A DNA stretch of 64,000 nt from Octopus vulgaris (lineage: Eukaryota): NCBI GenBank assembly GCA_951406725.2, contig OX597822.1, positions 6,572,001-6,636,000 on the forward strand, read 5' to 3'. How positions within the stretch are numbered: the first letter of the stretch is position 1; every line of letters begins with the position of its first letter. Shown here in pieces: positions 1-11,970 of this stretch. The notes under the pieces are model-generated. The model was given only the letters and a program-made list of their open reading frames with translations, searched no databases and had not been told where the DNA came from. A program made the position numbers and the translations under genes.

Positions 1-41
1 TAGTGGTGGTGGTAGTGGTGGTGGTGGTGGTGGTAGTGGTG

Positions 42-86
<45 letters not shown>

Positions 87-161
87 TTTGTGGTGGTGGT
101 GGTGTTGGTGGTGGTGGTGGTGGTGGTGGTGGTGGTGGCAGTGGTGGTAGTGGCAGTGGTG

Positions 162-196
<35 letters not shown>

Positions 197-320
197 GGCG
201 GTGGTGATGGTTGTGGTAGTGGTGGTGGTGGTGGAAGTAGTGGTGGTGGTGGCAGTGGTGGTGGTGGTGGTGGTAGTAGTAGTAGTAGTAGTGGCGGTGG
301 TGGTGGTGGTGGTGGTGGTG

Positions 321-388
<68 letters not shown>
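1..388. repeat. Compound (GTG)n/(GTA)n trinucleotide microsatellite
   Basis: Direct reading; it produces the spurious poly-Val ORF 3..413. Confidence 0.97.
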
Positions 389-389
<1 letters not shown>

Positions 390-429
390 TTTATGCACAT
401 AACATTCCTATAGTCATTTGGTACAGAAA

Positions 430-960
430 GAACATAAAAGCAGTAACAAATGGCTGTGTGGCAAAAGCGCTATGCCGGGGCATATCACGGCAAAGAGGTT
501 CAACATCAACCGAAAAGTGTAATAGAGAGAACGACCAGTAAACGCTATTACGAGATTTAAATATACCGACTTATTATGAGCTCCATGCAAAGCGACCAGA
601 TATTATCATTTTGGACAGGGGAAAACAGGGTGCATCATCAGAGATATGGCTATATCTGCGAGCATGAACTTAGGGGGACAGAGAACAGCAGAAAATAGGA
701 AAATACTAGGACATGGAGAGCGAAATACGACTGTGGAGGTTTAGGTTTTCTACAAAAGTAATCCCAGTTATCATAGGTGCCCTAGGTACTGTCACCAACA
801 GATCTAATTGTGGTCCTTGTTAAGGTTATTGTAACTACAAGAGTGGCATTAATTCAGAAGTCTCCCCTATTGGGAATAGCAAGGATTATAAGAGAAGTCT
901 TCAGTATCGAAGGAAACTGGTTGTGACCCGTTATCGAGCACAGTGATTCCGTTTGTAAAA
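430..960 (+). mobile_element. Degenerate 3' fragment of an R4/Dong-like RLE LINE
   Basis: Interrupted translation gives KRPDIIILD, EKIGKY.D.E.EI.L, IPVIIGALG and QKSPLLGIARIIREV. These match the C-terminus of the intact ORF at 56579-58513. Confidence 0.8.
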
Positions 961-1009
961 CATTTGTGCACACCATGAACAATAACAATCCAGACTTGCC
1001 CACGAGTTT

Positions 1010-1893
1010 ACCAAACCCAAGGTGCTTTATATGGATGATTTAAAGCTATATACAAAAAATGAAAAACTCCTGGAGTCTTTGATCTAAACAGTCAGAATAT
1101 TTAGTAAAGATATTGGAATATAGTTTGCGGTAAATAAGTGCATGTTACTAATTTCGAAGAGAAGCCGGAATATAAATTTTGATGTCATAAAAGAACCACT
1201 AGGCAATATCATTAGATCGCTGTGGAATAAAAGGATACAAAGACATAGGGGTGCTACAAGACGATAGAATAATAGAAGAAGAATTAAGAGAGAAAATATC
1301 TAAATAGAAAGGAAGAATTATGTAGATATTCGAAGCAAAATTTAATGGACGCAATATCACTAAGGCGAATAGCTTGGGTTTCCTTTCTGGTCACTTTCTG
1401 AAAGACCGAACTACAGAACTTGAATAGAAGAACTAGAGAGCTGCTCACAATGCACAACGCACACCATTCTAAAAGTAATACTGACAAACTCTTTTTACCA
1501 AATCACGATGGGATCAGTGAGAGGATTACTAAACGCAGAAGATACCGTTAGTAGTGTGATATTTGGATTGAAAAAATATGTTATGCAGATTAAGGAAATA
1601 ATACTAACGGTAACTAGAGTTGCCACCCAGAATTATTGAGGCAGTAGGAGAATACAAAGAGAGAAGGAAAAACAATTCAAAAGACAAATGGAAAGAATTG
1701 AAATTACATAGCCAATTTATGCGGAACCCTGAAACGAAAGACCCAAACTGTAATTATAACCCGTCAGGAACAAGCCATTACGGGAAATCTGATAAAAGGT
1801 CAAAATCAACAAAACTCAGTCAGCAAATGTAAAATCAGTCAGAAAAGAAACGAAAGTACGGACCATCTATTGTGTGAATACATAATATTAGCT

Positions 1894-1897
<4 letters not shown>
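1010..1897 (+). pseudogene. Degenerate R4/Dong-like LINE RT region, interrupted at a (TA)n expansion
   Basis: LYMDDLKLY at about 1026-1052, MHNAHHSKSNTDKLFL, and DHLLCE..ILAQ just before the TA run; many stops and frameshifts. Confidence 0.8.
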
Positions 1898-1941
<44 letters not shown>

Positions 1942-2047
1942 TAAAAAATGGAGTTAACGCAGGTTTAAACAAGTATTTTTACTTTCGACACATGTAACTA
2001 TTTATTTATTTTTCCGTGTTAATTGTTAACAAGGTAAAAATACACTC

Positions 2048-2103
<56 letters not shown>

Positions 2104-2105
<2 letters not shown>

Positions 2106-3812
2106 TAAAGCTAGGGCACAGACATATAACGAAATTAATAAAGAAGCTAGCGTCATCGCCGCTAAACTTAAATTAGATAAAAAAATAGAAACCCTCCCCC
2201 AAAAAGAGGCCTTTATTACTATTAAAGACCACAAAGAAAACTTCCTTTCCAATCCTAAATGTAGGCTTATCAACCCAGCCAAGTCAGAACTAGGGATTAT
2301 TAGCAAAGAAATTTTAGATAAAATAAATACGAAAATTAAGAGCGATACTAGGCTAGTGCAATGGTCCAATAGTATAGAAGTCGTAGACTGGTTTAAAGCT
2401 ATTAAGAATAAGAAAAAAGCGAGGTTTACACAATTCGATATTGTTGATTTTTATGCCTCTATCTCTAAAGAACTGCTAGATAAAGCCCTAATCTTCGCTA
2501 GTGACTTCATAGAAATTAGTACCAATGATAAGGATATAATCTTCCATGCTAGAAAGACATTACTTTTCAGTGAGAATGCAAAGTGGGTAAAAAACACCGA
2601 CACGGAGGGCGCTTTCGATGTGAGCATGGGTTCATATGATGGGGCAGGCATCTGTGATCTAATTGGACTCTTTCTCCTAGATACCTTCAGTAAGACATTC
2701 CCTAACGTACATTTCGCCATCTACAAAGATGATGCCCTCGCCTTAACAGCTAATACAAATGGACCAGCACAAGATCGTTTTAGGAAGGATATTATCCAGT
2801 TAATGAAACACTTCGGACTTAGTATAACTATAGACACTAACCTGACGGTTGTCAATTTCTTAGACGTTTCCTTAGATCTTAATAATAATATTTATAAGCC
2901 TTATAGGAAGCCCAATGATAGACTAAGTTATATTAATGTAGGTTCATGCCATCCCCCTATAGTATTCAAAAATTTAGTTAAAAATATTAGTAATAGGATT
3001 TCTAGCCTCTCATCTAATGAGGACATCTTCAATAGCGTTGCCCCAGTTTATAATAAAGCTTTAAAAGATAGTGGTTTTAGCGAAAAAATAAAATATACAC
3101 CTATCACCAGCCCAACAATAAGGAAAAGGAATAATAGAAATAGGAAGGTCATCTGGTTTACGCCCCTTACTCACCCGAGGTGGCCTTCAATATAGGTAAA
3201 TATTTCCTAGCACTGATAGATAGACATTTTCCAGTTAACCATGCTTATAGGAAACTCTTCAATAGACACAATTTAAAAATTAGTTTTAGTTCAACTACCA
3301 ATTTTAAAAACATAATCAATCATAACATACAAAAAACACAAGAAGAAAACAGCTGTTCATGCAGGAATAAAGAATTGTGCCCGCTAAATGGAGCTTGCAT
3401 GTCCAAGACCATCATATATGAGGCTACCGTAAACTCTATAACCACTAAAGACACCGTTTTGACGAAGAAATACGTGGGCCTGACAGAGGGTAATTTCAAG
3501 ACCAGGTTCAATAACCACACTTTGAGCTTTAGGCACTGGAACAAAAGAAAAGCGACACAATTATCCAATCATATTTGGTCTTTAAGAGATAAAGGTGTCG
3601 ATTATAACATACAATGGAAGATTTTGGCCAGATGTAAGCCCTATACTAACGGCAGCGGAAGGTGCGGTTTATGCGACATGGAGAGATGGCTTATCTGGAA
3701 AAGCAGCTTAGACCCTACCACATGTCTAAATACAAGGACAGAACTTTTCGGATCATGCCCACATGTGACTAAATTTCTGTTACGTCTTTGGTCCCCTAAA
3801 GAAAACGGATAG
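2104..3812 (+). pseudogene. Penelope-type RT/GIY-YIG polyprotein with one apparent frameshift near 3165 (ORFs 2356..3195 and 3180..3812)
   Basis: The two overlapping ORFs join at the WF(T)PP(Y) motif if one C is restored in the C-run near 3163-3166. Confidence 0.85.
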
Positions 3813-4007
3813 AACATGCTTTTTGTGTTATGTCCCAAGAAGATTTTATATATTTTTATATATTTTTATATATTTTTTATGTATTTTTATATAATTTTTA
3901 TGACGAAAAATGCGAGCGATGTATAAGTACGCAGGCAAAGCAGAGTTATAACAGAGTAATTTCCCTTCATTTTTAACGGTATTTTTTCATAACGTTTTCA
4001 AATAGCC

Positions 4008-4070
4008 AGATAACCGAAGAGATGGTGTTGTGGATTTCCACTTCGGCATCTGAAACTCAGAGTTTTATCT
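4008..4070 (+). ncRNA. Type I hammerhead-ribozyme-like motif in the Penelope 3' end
   Basis: Stem I AGATAA(4008-13)/TTATCT(4065-70); core CCGAAGA (4014-20); stem II GATG/CATC; GAAA (4052-55); near-palindromic stem III ACTC-A-GAGT; GTT at the cleavage position. Confidence 0.65.
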
Positions 4071-4096
4071 TGACTACCGAGTAATGTAACATATTG

Positions 4097-4182
<86 letters not shown>

Positions 4183-4185
4183 ATG

Positions 4186-4236
<51 letters not shown>

Positions 4237-4237
<1 letters not shown>

Positions 4238-4573
4238 AAGGCGCATGGCTCAGTGGTTAGAGCGTCGAGCTTACGATCGTGAGGTTGTGTGCTCGAATCC
4301 CGGACCGGGCTGCGTGTTGTGTTCTTGAGCAAGGCACTTTGTTTCACGTTGCTCCAGTTCACTTAGCTGTAGAAATGAGTTGCGACGTCACTGGTGCCAA
4401 GCTGTATCGACCTTTGTCTTTCCCTTGGATAACACTGGTGGCGTGGAGAGGGGAGACCGGTATGCATGGGCGACTGGTGGTCTTCCATAAACAACCTCAC
4501 CCGGACTTGTGTCTAGGAGGGTAACTTTCTAGGTGCAATCCCATGGTCTGTGTCGTGACCGAAGAAGGTCTCC
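4237..4573 (+). mobile_element. tRNA-derived SINE related to family A, inserted in (TA)n
   Basis: A-box TGGCTCAGTGG, B-box-like GCTCGAATCCC, conserved-type central segment GTGTTCTTGAGCAAGGCACTTT. Confidence 0.8.
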
Positions 4574-4598
4574 GAATATATATATATATATATATATA

Positions 4599-4777
4599 GT
4601 TAATCCAAACAAGAAAGCACAAAAAAAAAACACAACAACGCGAGGACGTGGTACAAATATAGTATTATTGGACGCTCAGGAAAGAAGGAAAGCAGGAGTG
4701 TTTAACATTTCGAGCGGAGCTCTTCGTCGAAAACATAGGAGAAGAAAAGATCCACAGAAGGGAAGACAGAGAGAAAA
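4599..4777 (-). mobile_element. Short Penelope-type terminal (pseudo-LTR) fragment with a degenerate minimal hammerhead
   Basis: Minus strand TGTTT-TCGACGA-A-GAGC-TCC-GCTC-GAAA-TG-TT-AAACA at 4735-4699; bounded by TA runs. Confidence 0.6.
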
Positions 4778-4800
4778 TATATATATATATATATATATAT

Positions 4801-5130
4801 GCGCAGGTATCACTATGCAGGTGAAAGAGGGCAATGGTACGTTATCTGAGTGTGTAGCTTCAAACTATGAGGAAAGTGTTATGATCACGAACAAGAGTCT
4901 ATCATACAAACTGAATTACAGGATCTTGTGGCATTACCTCATAAAGACTGATCATATTATTGAAGAAAGAACACCTGATATGATTATAAGCAGGTAAAAA
5001 TAGACAAAATGTGTAAGATCATAGATTTTGAAGTGCGCTATGATAACAGATCCGATACCAAAGAAATTGAAAAAGATGAGAAATGCCAGGATGTAGCCGG
5101 AGACCTGAGGAGAGTGTGGAAGACCAAGAG
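4801..5130 (+). pseudogene. Continuation (RLE domain) of the R4/Dong-like LINE interrupted at 1897
   Basis: RILWHYLIKTDHIIEERTPDMII, CKIIDF, KEIEKDEKCQDVAGDLRRVWK; colinear with the intact copy after LAKKEY. Confidence 0.75.
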
Positions 5131-5216
5131 AATAACAAGGACAACAACCTCGAAATCAATAACAACAATAACAATAATAGTAATGAGATGATGATGAAAA
5201 AGAATTGTTCTACATA

Positions 5217-5374
5217 GACGCAGGTGTGGCTCTATGGTAAGGAACTGGTTTCACAACCACATGGTTCCGGTTCAATCCAGCTTCACGGCATCTTGGGTGT
5301 GTGTCTTCTACTATAGTGTCGGGTCGGTCAAAGCCTTGCTAGTGGATTTGTCCGACTGAAACTGAAGCTCACCG

Positions 5375-5469
<95 letters not shown>

Positions 5470-5494
5470 CTATCTATCTCTCTATCTATCTATC

Positions 5495-5537
<43 letters not shown>

Positions 5538-5585
5538 CTATCTATCTATCTATCTATCCATTTACCTATCTATCCATCTACCTAC

Positions 5586-5651
<66 letters not shown>

Positions 5652-5656
5652 CTCTT

Positions 5657-5693
<37 letters not shown>

Positions 5694-5965
5694 GTGTGTG
5701 TATATATATATATATATGTGTGTGTGTATGTGTGTGTGTGTGTGTGTATGTGTGTGTGTTTGTCCGCCACAACCGATTGACAGACGGTGCTGGTATGTTT
5801 ACGTCCTCGTAATTACTGTTTCGGCAAAACAGAGCACGATAGAATAAGTACCAGGCTTAAAAGCTGTACTGGGCTCGATTCATTCGACTAAAAATTTTTA
5901 AAGGTGGTGCCCAAATATGGCTGCAGTCTAATTCCTAAAACAAGTAAAAGATAAAAGATAAAAAA
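5217..5965 (+). mobile_element. SINE family B with expanded internal (TCTA)n/(TA)n/(TG)n microsatellite
   Basis: Head GCAGGTGTGGCT..TGGTAAG..CACATGGTTCCG and tail ..ATGGCTGCAGTC..AAACAAGTAAAAGATAAAAGA match the other copies in this window. Confidence 0.8.
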
Positions 5966-7633
5966 ATATAACAGCATTTAGTAATTGTGACTCTTACTAG
6001 CTTCGAAAAAGACCAGGAGCTTGTGAGAAATGAATTAAACTTGGACCCCGAAGACCCGGTTTTAGCTATGTTTTAGCTATGCTCTTCCATGAGGACTCAT
6101 TCCGTGATACCTTGCGGCAACTCTAAGTGTTTTAATAGTATGTTATCAAAGGCTAGAAAGGGTGATGCACAATGTCCTTTTGATATGAGCTGTTGAAAAA
6201 GTAAAGATAGTCAAGACGCCATCGAGGTGTTCAAAGAGAATATATCATATTCCTTCTTGGGGATGTGTTTGATGTATCTCTTTATGGATATCATGTACAT
6301 TTGACATGATGTGTCTATGTTGCATATAGATGAGGTCCATCTGCGCCAAGTTAAGAACGAGTAATCTGCAAATCAATGAGCATTAATAAATATAACAACA
6401 AGCTGATCACTAAAGCACGACGATAAGGAGCGTTTCGGAACACAAACAAAATTGAAGGCATTCCGGATTCAATAGATTTAATAGATTATGGTTCAAAGAG
6501 ATCCATTAGCAGAGGAAGCGATGGTGCGATCTGACAGCAATGTTCCAATAGACGAATAGTGGTAAGCTTAGCAAGAAGAGAATTACACAGGACTCGCTCA
6601 GTAATCGTAATGACAATCTGGATCTATTGTGATAGCCTCAAAGTAGTCGCACAGCTTTCCAGAAATAGAAACTAAATCTCTCTCAAATGACGTTTTAGAT
6701 GAAATAAAACTAACACTCAGATAGTATAAATCCTTAAAATCCTTAAAATGTTTTAGCCCGAAGGCCGCAGTATGTCTACTGTACAAACATAAAACAAAAA
6801 AGTAAAAAAAAAAACCTACTAAAATTTCAGTAAATATGAACACATGATCAAATGTACAAAAGTTAGAAAATTCAGGTAACCATAGTAGTGAAACATTCTT
6901 AAATTTTACAGTGTCAAAATTGCTTATAGCCGTCAAATCTACATCGTTATGTTATTGACTTGCAGGTAGGTAAGTCAAGTGGTGGAAGGTTATTTTGCAT
7001 TATCTATGGACAAAATCATAAAAGTGTAGACGTCATTCGCATTTGTTTATGATTCGGTGCCAAGTACCATGGTTCACTAATTGGTTTAGATGTCTATATA
7101 GTCACGAGTAAGCATATACCTCCTCACAGACCCTGGTGAATATCGAGAATGTAACAGCTAGCGGTAGGGAGAAGAAAGTCTATGCGTTTGGCTTGTATTC
7201 ATTTTCATCTGAACAGGCTAAAAGCAACGCAAAATGAAGAGCCTTCACCAAAGGTACATTGTCTCGCTCTGTCCAGGAACCAACTCTAAGACCATGCAGT
7301 CGTGAATACGACGCACGAGTCACAAGGTAGTGCTCCTTAGTAAATGTATCTATATTAGCCAACTGTGCACCTGTACTCACCATTACAAACAATATGAATA
7401 TAGTGACATAGCGACGGCGACAAATTGGTAGAAGCGTGAGTCTTAGGGAACGTATGCTTTACAGTATTCGTTGCGAGTCTCTAGTTTCTCAGACAACCGA
7501 ATTGATCTTTGGGTTTAAGGATCTTTAAACAAACGAGCAGCCTAGAACCACGGTTGGTCCTTCTCCCTTTCTTACCATATTTCTCTCCTTCTCTGTCTCT
7601 TTCTCAAACACATATGCACACACACGCACACAC

Positions 7634-7699
<66 letters not shown>

Positions 7700-8508
7700 T
7701 CTCTCTCTGTGCATTGGATATCTAATTGAATTGCCAATATTTATCATATTGTGTTGATTTGACTCAGAAAGATAATAAGCTTTTAAAAGAAATAAAATAT
7801 TTATTCCAGTATATACAATTAATTAACTGATACCGCTTTTTCAGAATTATATCAATGAATAAAATGTTTATTTGTTACCTTCAGCTGCGGAAATTTACGA
7901 TTTTAAGGGATGGAGATGTAATAAAAGAGGAAAACGGTGACGTTTGAATAAAAAAAGAACAAAAACAAAACAATATGAAATAAGAATCAAAATGGATTCC
8001 TCAAGCTAAAATGATAAATAAATATCAATTCTGAATAATAACCTTTTTTGTTAGATGAATGCGCAACCAGAAATTACAAAATAAAATAGCAACATAATCT
8101 CCCAGAATTTAACGGAAACCAAATTATAGGTTTGCTGTATCTAAACACAAACTTTCTTATAAACTAGAATTAACGTTCGATATGTTATATCGGCAGTTAC
8201 AGATGAAAATACGATATTTTATTTTGAACTTCTCATTATTTATTTTAAATATTGCGGAATAATTTAATAATATAATGAAATAATGAGGCGTGAAATTTGT
8301 TACAACTTTAAGGGTTTTAGTTGTATGTTACCAAAGATTAGACAGAATGAAGTGCAATGATTACTACTTGATACGGATTGCTGAGTGGGAGGAGACTGTC
8401 GGGATTCCGTTCTGCTGATGAGCGCGATTCAAAGTAGCAGAATATTCCACTAAGCGATAAAGCGGAATATTCTTTGCAACACAAACATATACACATAACA
8501 CGCGCGCA

Positions 8509-8586
<78 letters not shown>

Positions 8587-9278
8587 GTCTCACTCACACA
8601 CACACAGACACACACAAGTAAACTGAGAAATAAAGAATTCCAGTGCAACATTCATAAAGTCATCTTTTGAAGAAAAAGTCCATTTTTATAGATGAGATCT
8701 CGAATAAAATTATGGAACAGAAAACCAATATAATCTTCAAGAATTTAATGAAAACCCAATATAGATTTGTTATATCTAAATCGAAGCTCTCTGATAGAAG
8801 AGAATTGTATGCAATAATCTATATATCAGCCTGAAGAATCATCGAACACGAGACATTACTTTGAACTTTAAAGCATTAATTAAAATGTTATGAAATGATT
8901 TAAAAACAACCGAGAAGAAACAAAATAAATTTAATATAAATTTAATCATTGAACAAACATATTCTTGTAAACATTCGATGCCACAAGTGAGTAAATACCA
9001 TGAAGGAAATTGCGTCTTATTTCACCAAAATCTCACTGAATGTCAATACCAGTAACAATTAAGGAATATTTCAACTATATATTAATCTGATCGTATAAAA
9101 TCGCTAAAATTAGACATAGCAGATTCTTTTAAAGAGAATATGAACTCTTTTATTTTTTTATAAGACTATCTTAACTATGCTAATCATATTTTTTTTTGTG
9201 ATGATTCACTTCCGTAAATTTGGTGTTACACACAATAATCGGTACGAAAAATTATAACATCAGTTACATAAAGAGACA

Positions 9279-9438
9279 GGCGCAGAAGTGTCTGTGTGGT
9301 AGGAAGCTTGCGTGGTACCTTGGGAAAGTGTCTTCTACTATAGCCTCGCGCCGACCATAGACCTGTGAGTGTATTTAGCAGATGAAAGCTGAAAGAAGCT
9401 CGTCGTATATATATATATATATATATGTGTGTTTGTGT

Positions 9439-9496
<58 letters not shown>

Positions 9497-9570
9497 GTGT
9501 GTATTTGTGTGTGTTTGTCGCCACCCCCATCATCTCTTGGCAACTGACGTTGGAGTGTTTACGTCTCCGA
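9279..9570 (+). mobile_element. SINE family B, partial copy
   Basis: GGCGCAGAAGTGTCTGTGTGGTAGGAAGCTTG...GTGTCTTCTACTATAGCCTCG; similar to 42995-43412. Confidence 0.75.
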
Positions 9571-9589
9571 AATCTAGGAAGTCGGGGAC

Positions 9590-9782
9590 AAGAAACGGGA
9601 AGAAAGAGTGAGAGAAAGTTGGAGCGAAAGAGTACAACAGGGGTCGTCACAGCCCCCTACCAGAGCCCCGTGGAGCTTTAGGTGTTTTCGCTCAATAAAC
9701 ACACAACGCCCGGGCTGGGAATCGAAACCATGATCCTTCGACCGCGAGTCCGCTGCCCTAACCATTGGGCCATTGAACCTCC
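9590..9782 (-). mobile_element. SINE family A (tRNA-derived), partial copy
   Basis: Reverse complement of AATGGCCCAATGGTTAGGGCAGCGGACTCGCGGTC...GGTTTCGATTCCC. Confidence 0.85.
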
Positions 9783-11759
9783 ACTATGTTGATCATGAGA
9801 AAGACGATGAGGATGAGGATGGTTTGGCTGCTGATTGTCGTTGAAATATTTTGAGAAGTCATACAATTATTACCTCACAGTTTACAATTAACCACATCAT
9901 GCTGGAGTTTGGATTGCGGGGAAGTAACCTTAAAGTTTACTGATAGTCAGAGACTGATGGGATTCATACGGTTTGTGCTGAGATTGAACATGTGTAACAC
10001 GGAGAGGAAAGTTTACAATTGTAAAGGAAAGAAGATTAAAGCTTGTGAGGTATTGGTAAGGTTTAACATGTGTAGCAACTATGAAGGTTTTAATTACATT
10101 TTATTGAAGAATTTTATTGAAAGAATGACGTACAAAATGTTGAGAATAAATTTCCGTGAACCAATTGGGTTCATGTGTCCATTTGAGAATGCTTTCAATG
10201 TGTCTGATGTTGTGTAAATTAGTCTTCTAAGTCCGTGTGTAAGAGGACCTTATGCGCTAAGTATTCGTGGAGGGAACTGAATATTATCTGCATAGAAGGG
10301 AGCAATTTTGGAGGTATCAATATGTGGAGTATTCAAGTACAATGAAAGGGAGAATGATGGAAAATATAATTAAAATTGGAGACGCACAACAATCCATAGA
10401 ATATGAGTTGGAGGAATGTGTATCAGTGGTGGACCCAACAATGGTGCAATTTGACGGTAATCTTTAAAACCTGGAGAATGGGTTTGAATGGAAAGCTTTG
10501 CTAGAAGTTGTACCTGTCAATGTTGTTAGTGTCATTGACGAGGTCCTATGTAGCGAGACATGCTAGATATTGCTGTGAATAACCTTCCTCAAATTAAACT
10601 TACAGTCTTGAAATAGGAGGGGACTTTCTAAGAATTATTCTTATACACCGATTTAGGACGATCACAAAGAAAATTTTCAAGCATAGGCCTACTGGTTTAG
10701 GGTGGTCCTCAAACAGCAGAATTTAATATCAGCGAAGAACCTTCAACTATTTTATTTACATTTTCTTACTTTGTTCCTTTCTAATTTTCAATGGCACCGA
10801 CCAACGCCTTACTCCTTCAATTTTACACTTGCAATAAATTCAATACATAGTTGGCTCTTAGTACACAACCACCGCAACTGCTATTTTCTTAACATTGTTG
10901 ACATTTCCGTCAATAAAGTGAAAATTCGAACGTTATACCTTAATTTACATTACCAACGCTGTCATTCCTACCTCTCTCACACTCAATTAAACTGCCAATC
11001 AATTTTATCAATTGTTACCTCATTTCTAACTTCCTCCTTCTTTTCTTTCTTTACTTAATTTTCTGCCACTTTTACTCTTTAAACATGCCTTCCTCCGTGG
11101 ATTTTCTTAATGGCACTGCCGACAAGTTAAGTGTTTTTTTTCTTATATGTCTTATTTCAAATTAATATGACCTGTCTTCTAAAACATTGATGTAAGTTCT
11201 GTAATTAGGGCATCCACACACTTCAATTATTTGACTTGTGTTTTAATGGGAAATTTGACGCCGGTAAGAACACATTTAAGCCATTTAGGATGTCGTTTGT
11301 TTTTAGATATTTCGTGCATTTAGGATGGCATTTCCTGTCTTGCGTCTTAACTGAATAATTGCATGTCTCAATGGATAATTTCTATGTTTCTGAATTTCCT
11401 AGTCTGTGTGTTGTAATGCAGGATAGTATATTAGGTGTATTTGAAATATTTTGTGATCTTCATAATTCTTCAACGTCTATTAGCCGGATAGGTTCTATTC
11501 TGTTATCGATTAAAGCCATTCAAGCTTTCACTCTTAGAGTCTTTTATTCTTTGGAGTTTATTGCGTTCGAGTGAACAGTATATTTATTTTAGCATGTTCT
11601 AGGTAGCATGAATTAAACATTAAACATTGTTTAGAGTCTGTCGATTGCTTGCTCATTTCAATTTTCGATTATTTCTTTTTGTCATTTTTTTTTATGATTA
11701 AAATAACACTGTATTCTATTCTGAAATTTATATTGTCATTAATATTATTAATTGGGGTT

Positions 11760-11970
11760 AAGGGAGCGAGCTGGCAAAATCGTTAGCATGCTGGGGTAAA
11801 TTGTTAACATCATTTCTCTTGTCTTTGTATTAGTTCAAATTCTACCGAGATCGACTATCCCTTTGAGGGTCAATAAAATGACTACCACTTGAGAACTAGA
11901 GGTCGATGTATTCAGCTTACTCCTTCACACCGAAATTACTGGTATTGTGCTAAAATCTGAAATCACTATC
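11760..11970 (+). mobile_element. SINE family C, old copy with the non-Tx1 tail
   Basis: GCGAGCTGGCAAAATCGTTAGCA head, AGTTCAAATTCTACCGAGATCGACT, tail ..CTGGTATTGTGCTAAAATCTGAAATC. Confidence 0.7.

Larger units (their letters stand above)
2104..4096 (+). mobile_element. 5'-truncated Penelope-like retroelement (RT + C-terminal GIY-YIG), motifs resembling the Hydra clade, flanked by (TA)n
   Basis: Frame is open from 2104 (AFITIKDHKENF..NPKCRLINPAKSELG). RT motifs QFDIVDFY, SMGSYDGA, YKDD, FLDV, YRKP. Cys-rich linker CSCRNKELCPLNGAC, then IIYEATV...YVGLTEG.FK.R..NH. (TA)n on both sides. The clade assignment rests on motif recall. Confidence 0.88.

Noticed and set aside
3-413. Poly-Val ORF and the many IY/CV/TH/His/Asp-rich ORFs (for example 39894, 41719, 50780, 52274)
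   Set aside because: These are translations of di-, tri- and tetranucleotide microsatellites, not proteins.
2104-3812. Selenocysteine recoding or programmed frameshift in the Penelope ORF
   Set aside because: No in-frame TGA in the coding frames; the single frameshift lies in a C-run and is best explained by mutation or sequencing error.
9909-10467. ORFs possibly from a DDE transposase
   Set aside because: No catalytic motif I can identify with confidence; probably an old transposon but unassignable by eye.
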